Source of the DNA: Patescibacteria group bacterium UBA3533
GTDB lineage: Bacteria; Patescibacteriota; Minisyncoccia; Phycocordibacterales; Phycocordibacteraceae
Assembly (NCBI GenBank): GCA_002376865.1
Contig: DFOU01000011.1
Location: 16,969-80,968, forward strand
Direction of reading: 5' to 3'
DNA length: 64,000 nt
Both the position numbers and the translations under genes were made by a program. Below are positions 27,599 through 35,584 of the stretch, in pieces; position 1 is the first letter of the stretch, and each line of letters begins with the position of its first letter. The notes under the pieces were generated by a model that saw only the letters and a program-made list of their open reading frames with translations, did no database searches and was not told the DNA's origin.

Positions 27599-27640
27599 CA
27601 AAAGGCCGCCCTCTTTTTGTGGCGGCCTTTCATAATAATT
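27599..27640 (+). terminator. intrinsic terminator
   Basis: aaaggccgcc ctctttttgt ggcggccttt. Confidence 0.65.
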
Positions 27641-27690
27641 TTGTAATATCTGTGTCGTATCACAAAGTAGAAAATGCTACAGTACTGGCA

Positions 27691-29727
27691 ATGAAGCGTG
27701 TTGCCATAATACTTGTTGCAATTACTGTCGCTTTTCCCTTTGTAGCCTCTGCTGATATCGTTCTTGATCCAGATGTAAAAAATCCAATTCTCTTTTTACC
27801 TGGAATTCAAGCAAGTCGTTTGTATTCATTTTCTGACAATGGAAATTTTGAGCGTGTATGGGAGCCGTTAGGCAATAGTGATCTTAGAGAGCTTGAGATG
27901 ACAGAGAATGGTGAGAGCGTAAATGATATTCGTGTTGGACAGGTTATAGATAGAATTTTTGGCATAGGAGAAATCATCTATGGAAAAAATGATTTTGATA
28001 CTACAAATCAAGTTTTTTCTAATCCAAAATTACTTGAGCCACTAAGACTAGAAGACAGTCTTACTCCTGAGACACAAAAATATTTTTCAGCATACCAACT
28101 GTGGGTCGCATACCCCTACGACTGGAGGTATGACGTCTTCGATATTATTAGAGATGGAACTCTTCGCATGGATGGAGAACGACAGTATCTTGTTGAGGTT
28201 GTAGAAGCACTTGCAGAAAAAAGTGGAAAGATAAATATTGTTGCTCACTCAAATGGAGGTCTTTTAGCAAAAGCTTTAATGGTTCACCTTGAGGAAATTG
28301 GAAAAGAAGAGCTTGTGGAGAAAATTTTTCTTGTTGGAACACCTCAACTTGGAACACCAGAGGCAATAGGAGGACTTTTACACGGATACAAACAAAGCAG
28401 AGTACTTGGACTTGTTACAAACTCTGCAACATCAAGAGAGATTTCAAAAAATATGCCTGGCGCATACGCTCTTCTTCCCTCTCCTGCGTACTTTGAGAGA
28501 ATAGAAACACCCGTTGTGACTCACAGTATTTCTGGAAACCCTGTTGGTAATATTCCTTCTGGACCACTTTCTTCATATCAAAATCTTTTTGATTTCCTTA
28601 CTGGAAAAACATTTACTAGAAATGATCCATTCTTTGTAGATGCGCCTATAACACTGAGAGAGAATCTACTGGAAAAAGCGAAGGCAACTCATGCACGAAT
28701 TGATGCCTGGACACCTGGGCCAGAAACTACAGTTACTGAATTTGCTGGAGTTGGAAATGAAACCGCTATTAGTTTTTCATATAGAGAAACCCAGGCTTCA
28801 TACTGCCCTATTGGTCGTTTGGTTTGTATAAAAAGAAATGCAATTACCTACAGTCCCATCTTTTCATTTGATGGTGACAGTACAGTTGTTTCTCCTTCTG
28901 GTATTTTAGGTGACGGATATTATTTAGACTTAAATAAACTTAGCCTAGAAACTGATCGTGCACGAGAACATAAAAACTTGCTTGCAGAAGAAGAGCTGCT
29001 TTTGGGACTTGCCCCTGCCTTAACTGGAGAAGTTGTAACGTCTGACTTCCTCACAACAGAAAAACCAATAATCCCCACTGACAGAAACCACATTGCTATC
29101 AGTGTGCATTCCCCTGTGATTATTTCCGCAGAAGATAATTTGGGAAACATAACGTCTGTTGAATACGACACTGACCCTTCACAGACTCTTTTGAACATTA
29201 GAGAAGAAATTCCAGAAAGTTTTGTTGAAATAATTGGTGAAGGAAAATACATCTTTCTTCCAGAAGGAAATTATGAGATTTCTATAACAGGTACTGATGT
29301 TGGGTCTTTTGATCTTCTTCTTTCAGAGCTTAATGACAATGGCGAACTTCAAGAAACAGAAAAGTATTCAAACATTCCTGTCACAGCAAGCAGTACGGCT
29401 GCAACAACAATAGAAACAAACACTCTTTCTTCACTAACCCTTGATATTGAAGGTGACGGAACAAATGATTTTACCTTCTCAGAGGATGGTGCAAATGCAG
29501 AATCAATTAAAACTCTTATGATAAGTAATTTTGCTGCGCTAGATCTTAGGCCAACACTTCATTCTGCAATTGATCAATACTTTGCACTTTTGGAAACAGA
29601 GACTGATGAGGAAGTGCGAGCAACAATTATTGCGCAACTTGATCGCATTACTCAATTTCTTGATGGAAGATACATTACACAGGAGACAGCTAACGCTTGG
29701 AGAGCTTTTGTGCGAAACTTAGAGTAA
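27691..29727 (+). CDS. secreted alpha/beta-hydrolase, LCAT/PGAP1-like lipase or acyltransferase
   Basis: Signal peptide MKRVAIILVAITVAFPFVASA; YPYDWRYD motif; nucleophile elbow NIVAHSNGGLLAKA. Confidence 0.6.
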   Translation: MKRVAIILVAITVAFPFVASADIVLDPDVKNPILFLPGIQASRLYSFSDNGNFERVWEPLGNSDLRELEMTENGESVNDIRVGQVIDRIFGIGEIIYGKNDFDTTNQVFSNPKLLEPLRLEDSLTPETQKYFSAYQLWVAYPYDWRYDVFDIIRDGTLRMDGERQYLVEVVEALAEKSGKINIVAHSNGGLLAKALMVHLEEIGKEELVEKIFLVGTPQLGTPEAIGGLLHGYKQSRVLGLVTNSATSREISKNMPGAYALLPSPAYFERIETPVVTHSISGNPVGNIPSGPLSSYQNLFDFLTGKTFTRNDPFFVDAPITLRENLLEKAKATHARIDAWTPGPETTVTEFAGVGNETAISFSYRETQASYCPIGRLVCIKRNAITYSPIFSFDGDSTVVSPSGILGDGYYLDLNKLSLETDRAREHKNLLAEEELLLGLAPALTGEVVTSDFLTTEKPIIPTDRNHIAISVHSPVIISAEDNLGNITSVEYDTDPSQTLLNIREEIPESFVEIIGEGKYIFLPEGNYEISITGTDVGSFDLLLSELNDNGELQETEKYSNIPVTASSTAATTIETNTLSSLTLDIEGDGTNDFTFSEDGANAESIKTLMISNFAALDLRPTLHSAIDQYFALLETETDEEVRATIIAQLDRITQFLDGRYITQETANAWRAFVRNLE

Positions 29728-30128
29728 TGATCCGAAGATACATTCCTTTTATTTTTATAGGTTTTTTACTTGCAGGCTTTTTCTTTACACAACCACCTCA
29801 TCTCGGGCTTTGTTTTAACAGCAACAATTCTTTCCTAGTTCCATTTTGCTTCATTAACTTCACAACTTTCTGGGGTTTTGTGTACGCAAGCACATACTTC
29901 CTTATTCCGGCATCTCTCTTGACCTACTTATTTACAAAAAGAGGTTTTGAAATTTGGCTTTGGTACACTGGAGCATCTTTGCTGCTTGGCGCTTTTGTTT
30001 ATTTCTTAAACTTAAATCTTTGGACACCCGGCCTTGGATTTTTTCCAGAAGTGCTATTGTTCAACATAATTGGAGCAATCTACTTGACCGGAACAGTTGT
30101 TATTACTTTATTCAATCTTAGAAAATAA
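29727..30128 (+). CDS. hypothetical polytopic membrane protein
   Basis: TAATG overlap with the upstream gene; 4 predicted TM helices; terminator at 30130-30162. Confidence 0.45.
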   Translation: MIRRYIPFIFIGFLLAGFFFTQPPHLGLCFNSNNSFLVPFCFINFTTFWGFVYASTYFLIPASLLTYLFTKRGFEIWLWYTGASLLLGAFVYFLNLNLWTPGLGFFPEVLLFNIIGAIYLTGTVVITLFNLRK

Positions 30129-30129
30129 C

Positions 30130-30162
30130 AAAAAGCTCACACATGTGAGCTTTTTGTTATTT
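30130..30162 (+). terminator. bidirectional terminator (aaaaagctcaca / tgtgagcttttt)
   Basis: Perfect 12-bp stem flanked by A- and T-runs; abuts the 3' end of tRNA-His. Confidence 0.65.
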
Positions 30163-30237
30163 TGGGGCGGCCAGAGAGAATCGAACTCTCGATGTCGGTA
30201 CCACAAACCGAAGTTTTGCCACTAAACTATGGTCGCC
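30163..30237 (-). tRNA. tRNA-His (anticodon GTG) with genomically encoded G-1 and CCA
   Basis: Hand-folded: 5' G(-1)GCGACCA..., D arm GTTT/AAAC, anticodon loop TTGTGGT, T-loop TTCGATT, 3' ...TGGCCGC C CCA. Confidence 0.8.
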
Positions 30238-30265
30238 ATGTGCTGCATTTATACCAGCTGTATTA

Positions 30266-30295
30266 AAAATAGTCGAGCTTCCTCGACTATTTTTA
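30266..30295 (-). terminator. symmetric terminator downstream of rplS
   Basis: aaaaatagtcgag cttc ctcgactattttt. Confidence 0.65.
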
Positions 30296-30315
30296 ATTGA
30301 TAGAAAAAGTTGAAA

Positions 30316-30912
30316 TTAATCTTCTTTCTTCTCTTCAGGTTCTTCCTCAGCTGGAGTCTCCTCTTCTGGAGCCTCTTCTGCTGCAGGAGCTTCCTCTTCT
30401 GGCTCTTCAGCTGGAGTCTCCTCGGGAGTCTCAGCAGGAGCTTCTTCAGCAGCCTTTGCTTCCTCTGCTGCCTTAGCCTCTTCCTCTGCCCTTGCAGCTT
30501 CATCAGCCTCAGCTTTATTTCGAGCGTCCTCCTGCTCCTTCTCAGAAACAGTAGTTCGATCCATAAGACGCATACGTCGTAGCTGTCGTCGCATCTCTCG
30601 AGCAACCTTCTCTCGAATGAAGTACAACTTAGATCGTCGAACCTTAGATCGCTTAACGATCTCAATTTTATCAATATTTGGAGAATATAGAGGGAAAATC
30701 TTTTCTACCCCAATTCCTGACAGAGTAGTTCGTACTGTAAAAGTAGATCCTGCCTCTGCTCCGTGCTTTACCGCAATAACAAGACCTTCAAAAAGCTGGA
30801 TACGAGTCTTTCCTCGCTCCTGGATTTTCTGGTGTACGCGAACAGTATCTCCTGACTTTACGCCAAGCTCTTTTCGCTCCTCAATATTTACGGGTGAAAT
30901 TACCGTGTTCAT
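30316..30912 (-). CDS. rplS: 50S ribosomal protein L19 with a long acidic low-complexity C-terminal extension
   Basis: [31 protein letters not shown]...[22 protein letters not shown]...[11 protein letters not shown], then about 80 aa of [12 protein letters not shown] repeats. Confidence 0.85.
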   Translation of the reverse strand: MNTVISPVNIEERKELGVKSGDTVRVHQKIQERGKTRIQLFEGLVIAVKHGAEAGSTFTVRTTLSGIGVEKIFPLYSPNIDKIEIVKRSKVRRSKLYFIREKVAREMRRQLRRMRLMDRTTVSEKEQEDARNKAEADEAARAEEEAKAAEEAKAAEEAPAETPEETPAEEPEEEAPAAEEAPEEETPAEEEPEEKKED

Positions 30913-30977
30913 GGCGCAGAGAATAGCAATTGTACCTATAAAAAGCAAGCGCGATTCCTAAAAATCGCGCTTTTACT

Positions 30978-31316
30978 CTACTTTGGGTATTTCCAATTCA
31001 TATACTCAACAAAACCTTCCGGTGGCACGCCAACAACTTCAGCGAGCTTTACAGCATTCACAAGCTGCTTCATCGCTGCAAGTTGCAAATCTTGCTCACC
31101 TTGCTGAGAGATACCCCCTGTAGGTCCTCCGGCGTGGTCTGCTGGCTCTGTAATACCGGCAATAGCACCAGCAGACTTTATGACATGATCCTGTATATGT
31201 CGTATCGCAAAGAGCCTTTGCTGGGCAGGATCTTCAGGAAAATTTGGATATGTCTCCTTGTTAAAAACAAAGAGTCTCCCAACTCTTTCAAAGAGATCTT
31301 TTACAGATAGAGACAT
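30978..31316 (-). CDS. hypothetical protein (112 aa), possibly an all-alpha MazG-like fold
   Basis: No strong motif; the call is weak. Confidence 0.35.
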   Translation of the reverse strand: MSLSVKDLFERVGRLFVFNKETYPNFPEDPAQQRLFAIRHIQDHVIKSAGAIAGITEPADHAGGPTGGISQQGEQDLQLAAMKQLVNAVKLAEVVGVPPEGFVEYMNWKYPK

Positions 31317-31351
31317 TACTCTCTCCTTTCAATCTGACTTTTTAGAAAGTA

Positions 31352-32071
31352 TCACCCAGCCTTGAAGAAGTCCAGTGCATTCCCGAAGTCCTCAGGAAGT
31401 GGCGCTTCGAAGGTTTTGGTCTCTCCAGAGGGAAGATTTACCTCAAGGGTTTGTGCGTGGAGTGCCATTCGCTCAAATCCTAGTGCGCATTCTCTTTTGG
31501 GAGCATAGAGCTTGTCGCAGACAATTGGATAGTTTAAATACTTCATATGTACACGAAGTTGGTGTGTCCTTCCTGTCTTTGGATACAGCTTTACGGCTGC
31601 AAACTCGCCATTATCCTCCCCTACCTCATACTCTGTTATTGCTTCACGCAAATTTCCTCGAGCACCACGTTGCGCTGACCACATTTTAAAATTCTGAGCA
31701 CTTCGCCCTATTGGCGCATCGATAACTCCTTTTTTATTCTTTGGCACTCCATATACAAAAGCCAGGTATCCTTTCTTTACCTCTCTATTTTGAAACTGCT
31801 CTTTTAGATGCGCATGTGCTGCTGCTGTCTTTGCCAAAATTAAAACTCCAGACGTGTCTCTATCAAGACGGTGCACAACACCAGGTCGAGTTATCTCCTC
31901 TCCATTTTTAAGTGTCATTGCCTCCCCTACATCTTTGCTCTCAGGATAGCTCTCTAGCATCCAGTCACTTACCGTCTCATCTTTTGAAATGCCATCTGCA
32001 TGTACCAAAATACCAGCAGGTTTATTTATAACCACCACATCATTGTCTTCGTAAATAATTTCTATTTTCAT
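31352..32071 (-). CDS. RluA-family pseudouridine synthase
   Basis: Catalytic motif VHRLDRDTSGVLILAKT. Confidence 0.85.
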   Translation of the reverse strand: MKIEIIYEDNDVVVINKPAGILVHADGISKDETVSDWMLESYPESKDVGEAMTLKNGEEITRPGVVHRLDRDTSGVLILAKTAAAHAHLKEQFQNREVKKGYLAFVYGVPKNKKGVIDAPIGRSAQNFKMWSAQRGARGNLREAITEYEVGEDNGEFAAVKLYPKTGRTHQLRVHMKYLNYPIVCDKLYAPKRECALGFERMALHAQTLEVNLPSGETKTFEAPLPEDFGNALDFFKAG

Positions 32072-32745
32072 ACTCCGTGTCGCCTCTCTCTTTCATTGTA
32101 CTCTTTAATACACTCTATAAGGGTGTCTTTGCTAAAATCTGGCCAAAAGATATCAAGAAAGAAAAGCTCACTATATGCTGCTTGCCACATAAGGAAGTTT
32201 GAAAGTCTCTTCTCTCCTCCAGTGCGGATGATAATGTCAGGATCCTTCATATCAGCAGTATCAAGTGCATTACTTATTCCTTCCCCTGAAAGTTCTGCTC
32301 CAGCTTTCATTGCTCGCACAATCTCATCACGCCCTCCATATGAGAGCGCAAGTGCTACTGTCCCCTCTCCATTTTTTGTTCGCTCTTGAATTTCTTTCAT
32401 CTCTTCCTGAATTTCTTTTTCAAAACGAGAAAGGTCTCCGATAAATTTAATACGTGGTGCATTTGGAAGCTTCTTTAGCTCATCTTCAATTTTTGAAAGG
32501 CCCTGCTTTAGGAGTTCCATGAGTGCTTTTACCTCTTCTTCACTTCGATTCCAGTTCTCTGTTGAAAATGCATAAAAAATATATTCTGCTGCTCCATACT
32601 CATTTTTGAGAGATTCATATTCCTGAAGAAGATTAAGAAGTGCCTTAAATCCTTCGTTGTGTCCTTCAGCAGTAGACATGCCCTTTGCTCTCGCCCACCG
32701 GCGATTTCCGTCCATAATTATTCCTACTGAAAGCTCTTTACTCAT
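32068..32745 (-). CDS. uppS: undecaprenyl-diphosphate synthase (isoprenyl transferase)
   Basis: IIMDGNRRWARAKGM...ALSYGGRDEIV. Confidence 0.9.
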   Translation of the reverse strand: MSKELSVGIIMDGNRRWARAKGMSTAEGHNEGFKALLNLLQEYESLKNEYGAAEYIFYAFSTENWNRSEEEVKALMELLKQGLSKIEDELKKLPNAPRIKFIGDLSRFEKEIQEEMKEIQERTKNGEGTVALALSYGGRDEIVRAMKAGAELSGEGISNALDTADMKDPDIIIRTGGEKRLSNFLMWQAAYSELFFLDIFWPDFSKDTLIECIKEYNERERRHGV

Positions 32746-33019
32746 GCACTATTTCAAAACTCTTAAACTCCCCATTTGCACCATCCCACCATTTCACATC
32801 TATATTTTCAACCTCTGCCAATATTGGCCCTTCTTCCAAGAGATCTATGTAGTCCTTCAAATCTTGCTCTTCTCCCTCTGCTACAAGCTCAACCGTATTA
32901 TCCGGAAGGTTCTTAACCCACCCAGTTAAGCCGTATTTTCGAGATTTTCTCTTGGCAAAGTCCCGGTACATAACAAGCTGTACTCTTCCGGATATAATAA
33001 GGCGCACTCGTTTTTTCAT
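32738..33019 (-). CDS. acyP: acylphosphatase
   Basis: ISGRVQLVMYRDFA...GLTGWVKNLPDNTVELVAEGEE. Confidence 0.8.
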   Translation of the reverse strand: MKKRVRLIISGRVQLVMYRDFAKRKSRKYGLTGWVKNLPDNTVELVAEGEEQDLKDYIDLLEEGPILAEVENIDVKWWDGANGEFKSFEIVHE

Positions 33020-33076
33020 ACATGCGAGTGTATCACTCTTGCAGAAAAAGCAGTAATTGCGTATGCTCCTTTGTAC

Positions 33077-33152
33077 GGGCGATTAGCTCAGTTGGTAGAG
33101 CAGTTCGTTTACACCGAAAAGGTCGGGGGTTCAAGTCCCTCATCGCCCACCA
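33077..33152 (+). tRNA. tRNA-Val (anticodon TAC), CCA encoded
   Basis: GGGCGAT TA GCTC AGTTGGTA GAGC ... loop TTTACAC ... GGGGG TTCAAGT CCCTC ATCGCCC A CCA. Confidence 0.8.
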
Positions 33153-33157
33153 AAGAG

Positions 33158-33192
33158 AAACCGCACATCATAACGATGTGCGGTTTTCTTAT
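33158..33192 (+). terminator. bidirectional terminator (aaccgcacatc / gatgtgcggtt)
   Basis: 11-bp stem followed by ttctta. Confidence 0.65.
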
Positions 33193-33439
33193 GAGACATA
33201 ATCAAAATAGTCCTCACTAAGTCCAACACCAAACCCTGGAATTATATCTTCTTCAAAAGAAATCATGTGCCCGGGCTCACAGTCATCTTCTTTTCCATCA
33301 TCAAACCAAACTTTTTCTACAGTTAATGGCGTTCGCGGAATTGATGCTCCAGACTGTTCCAAGTACGTCAGAAAAAGTCTGGTTTCTTCATCGTCACGTA
33401 AGACAACTTTGTCGCCGACTTTAAACTTTGAAGATTCCA
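33189..33439 (-). CDS. small hypothetical protein (83 aa)
   Basis: Internal ATG of the 33189-33938 ORF preceded by GTAAGGAGAG. The upstream part of that long ORF overlaps the cupin gene in another frame, so the short form is preferred. Confidence 0.4.
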
Positions 33440-33513
33440 TCGATGCTCTCCTTACTATATCTAAAACTAAGGTATCAAAAGAAGAAACCCGGAGCAACTG
33501 CTCCGGGTTTTTC

Positions 33514-34029
33514 TTATTGATCTGCGTACCATACGATATCGTTTCCGATAATTGGTGCGGATGCAGAAAATAAGTATACATAGTCTCCTTCTCCGACGCG
33601 CTTAATGCTGTGCCAGATTCCAGGACGGATCTGGTATGCGCGGCTTCTCTGTAAAAATGTTGAGCCTTTAGGCTCCCCATGATCTGAGAAAAACTCAAAC
33701 TCCAGCAAGGTACATTTTTGTGTATCTTGGCCGGGAATAAGAATTGAACTTGCAGCAGCTTTGTGCCGATGTAAATCAATGTGATCCTCCGGAGCAAAGC
33801 GAAGTATTTCAACAGTAATTTTCTGTGGGAAGCCATACTCGACGAGCTTATCCTCAAAAAATTCTTCTGGAACATCTGCAGCAAATAGTGCCGCACGAGA
33901 TTCCGGATGCTCTTCACGCACCCAAGACAATCCCTCAAACTTACATGGAGGCATCGTCTTATTTATATGAGAGAGAAGTCCTCCAAGCGCTTTGAGCGTT
34001 TTAGGAACACCAGTCCTTCGAATGTTCAT
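33514..34029 (-). CDS. cupin-fold protein (hypothetical)
   Basis: AAAGGAGAG RBS; His-containing beta-barrel-like motifs (HIDLHRH...GIWHSI). Confidence 0.45.
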   Translation of the reverse strand: MNIRRTGVPKTLKALGGLLSHINKTMPPCKFEGLSWVREEHPESRAALFAADVPEEFFEDKLVEYGFPQKITVEILRFAPEDHIDLHRHKAAASSILIPGQDTQKCTLLEFEFFSDHGEPKGSTFLQRSRAYQIRPGIWHSIKRVGEGDYVYLFSASAPIIGNDIVWYADQ

Positions 34030-34071
34030 GACACTCTCCTTTCCTTCTATATATGAACCTACCTTAAAATA

Positions 34072-34102
34072 GAAAAAGACGCGAGCATTCGCGTCTTTTT
34101 CT
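34072..34102 (-). terminator. bidirectional terminator downstream of tRNA-Arg(TCT)
   Basis: aaaaagacgcga gcat tcgcgtcttttt. Confidence 0.65.
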
Positions 34103-34109
34103 TATCTAG

Positions 34110-34181
34110 TACTCCCACCAGGAATCGAACCCAGATCGAGAGGATAGAAGCCTCTTGTTTTATCCATTAAACTATGGGAGC
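34110..34181 (-). tRNA. tRNA-Arg (anticodon TCT)
   Basis: GCTCCCA TA GTTT AATGGATA AAAC A AGAGG CTTCTAT CCTCT CGAT CTGGG TTCGATT CCTGG TGGGAGT A; no encoded CCA. Confidence 0.75.
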
Positions 34182-34198
34182 TCCCCCATACCCTACGA

Positions 34199-34537
34199 CT
34201 AGTTACGTGCTGGGTCAACAAATGGATAGCTCGTATCTACAAATGCATCTTTCTCATTCTCTCGAACTTCAAAGATTGTTTCTATTTCTTTAAGACGATC
34301 TGAAATCTCTTGTGTCTCCTTTGGCTCTGGATTTGTGTTTGTGCTTTGTGAGAGTGGCTCTCCTTCGTACACACGAGTAAAGAAAATTGCATTTGTTACC
34401 GCAGATAGAAGCAGTGCAATTGCAGCAATAATAAGGAGCACCGTCCAATCTCGCTCTGCATTTATATGTCCTGCATACCCACGCTTAATCGTATTTACAA
34501 AGTTGAGAGCTTTTTTGCTGAGAGTTTTAAAATTCAT
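34199..34537 (-). CDS. bitopic membrane protein in the pil operon (PilO/PilP-like, putative)
   Basis: Single TM (WTVLLIIAAIALLLSAVTNAIFF); location downstream of pilMNO. Confidence 0.4.
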   Translation of the reverse strand: MNFKTLSKKALNFVNTIKRGYAGHINAERDWTVLLIIAAIALLLSAVTNAIFFTRVYEGEPLSQSTNTNPEPKETQEISDRLKEIETIFEVRENEKDAFVDTSYPFVDPARN

Positions 34538-34538
34538 A

Positions 34539-35051
34539 TTATTGTTGCTTCACGCTATACGATGCTGACGCAGTCCACGTTGCATCTCCCCCATCTCGTA
34601 CGATGGTCTCAATCGTACCGCTTTCAATTGTGATAAACACTGGAAGTTTTTCAATAGCACCAAGTGTCTGCATTACCCTCTTGAATGATCCTTCGGCAGT
34701 TAGATTGATATCAAACATTTCTGTCTCTTTATTTGCTGCAACTGAAACAATTTCAATCTCCACCCCTGTCTCCTCTTCAACTCCTTCAAGAATTTCCAAG
34801 AAATCTACAACAGTCTCTTCTGAGACAAGATATTCATACACCGTACTCTCTTGAGAGTTAATGAGCGTGAGGGTTCTTTGTGCTCTGTTGATTCGCTCTT
34901 CTTTATCAAAAGCTGCATTAATCTCTTGAGCTAAGAAGAAGCTACTCTCTTGAAGCTTTGAGACTGCATCAAAGGTAATAAAGTACGCGGTACCAGATAG
35001 TACAAGAATAAGTACTGAGATAATAAGTGGAATGAGAGTTCGCCGATTCAT
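34539..35051 (-). CDS. pilO: type IV pilus assembly protein PilO-like
   Basis: Bitopic topology; coiled-coil plus periplasmic domain; operon context with pilM and pilN. Confidence 0.5.
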   Translation of the reverse strand: MNRRTLIPLIISVLILVLSGTAYFITFDAVSKLQESSFFLAQEINAAFDKEERINRAQRTLTLINSQESTVYEYLVSEETVVDFLEILEGVEEETGVEIEIVSVAANKETEMFDINLTAEGSFKRVMQTLGAIEKLPVFITIESGTIETIVRDGGDATWTASASYSVKQQ

Positions 35052-35584
35052 GATTCTAATGTAATTGAAATATTAAATGGCAAATCTTTTTCCTTTGAAA
35101 GGTTCCCTATTGGGAAATCTACGCCGGCAACCTCTTCGCGCTCTTCAAGGGTCTTTGCAAAAGAGCGTAGCGCATCTCTATCATCTGCAATCCCGCGAAC
35201 ACCAATCTGCACTGCAGGATCTTTTGGATTATATGAGATCTGCGTAATGGCAATTCCAGAGCGAGACACTTCAAGCACCTCTTCTATTGCAGATACAAAT
35301 AGCGGCTGCTCGGGAAGTGTCTGGAGCAATGCAATCTGCTCATTGAGCGCCTTAAGGCGAGCCTCTACCTCATCACTTCCTGATGCCTCAAGAGTTTTTC
35401 CGATAAATTCCTTTTCTACCTCCTGATTTAGTACTCGTGCCTGCAAGAATACATATGAAGGAACGAGCAATATGCTGTGAATGATGGTAAGCACTGAAAC
35501 AACAAGAAGCACCACTGCAAGAAAGCGCAGCAAGTACATTCGCTTAAAGGCTTGTTTGCTTATCTCTGGAAGTAAATTAATCAT
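35048..35584 (-). CDS. pilN: type IV pilus assembly protein PilN
   Basis: Canonical N-terminal INLLPE motif followed by a TM helix. Confidence 0.65.
   Translation of the reverse strand: MINLLPEISKQAFKRMYLLRFLAVVLLVVSVLTIIHSILLVPSYVFLQARVLNQEVEKEFIGKTLEASGSDEVEARLKALNEQIALLQTLPEQPLFVSAIEEVLEVSRSGIAITQISYNPKDPAVQIGVRGIADDRDALRSFAKTLEEREEVAGVDFPIGNLSKEKDLPFNISITLES

Noticed and set aside
30249-30961. ORF-track ORFs 30249-30674 (minus), 30310-30582 (plus) and 30617-30961 (plus), overlapping rplS
   Set aside because: They are low-complexity (R/K/L/Q- or S/L/F-rich) translations in alternative frames or on the antisense strand of the acidic repeat tail of L19. They have no start context, and the L19 frame is unambiguous.
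33189-33938. Long 249-aa ORF 33189-33938 (minus)
   Set aside because: Its N-terminal two-thirds overlap the cupin gene (33514-34029) in another frame. An internal ATG with a strong RBS at 33439 gives a compact 83-aa gene, so the long form is considered a read-through artefact.
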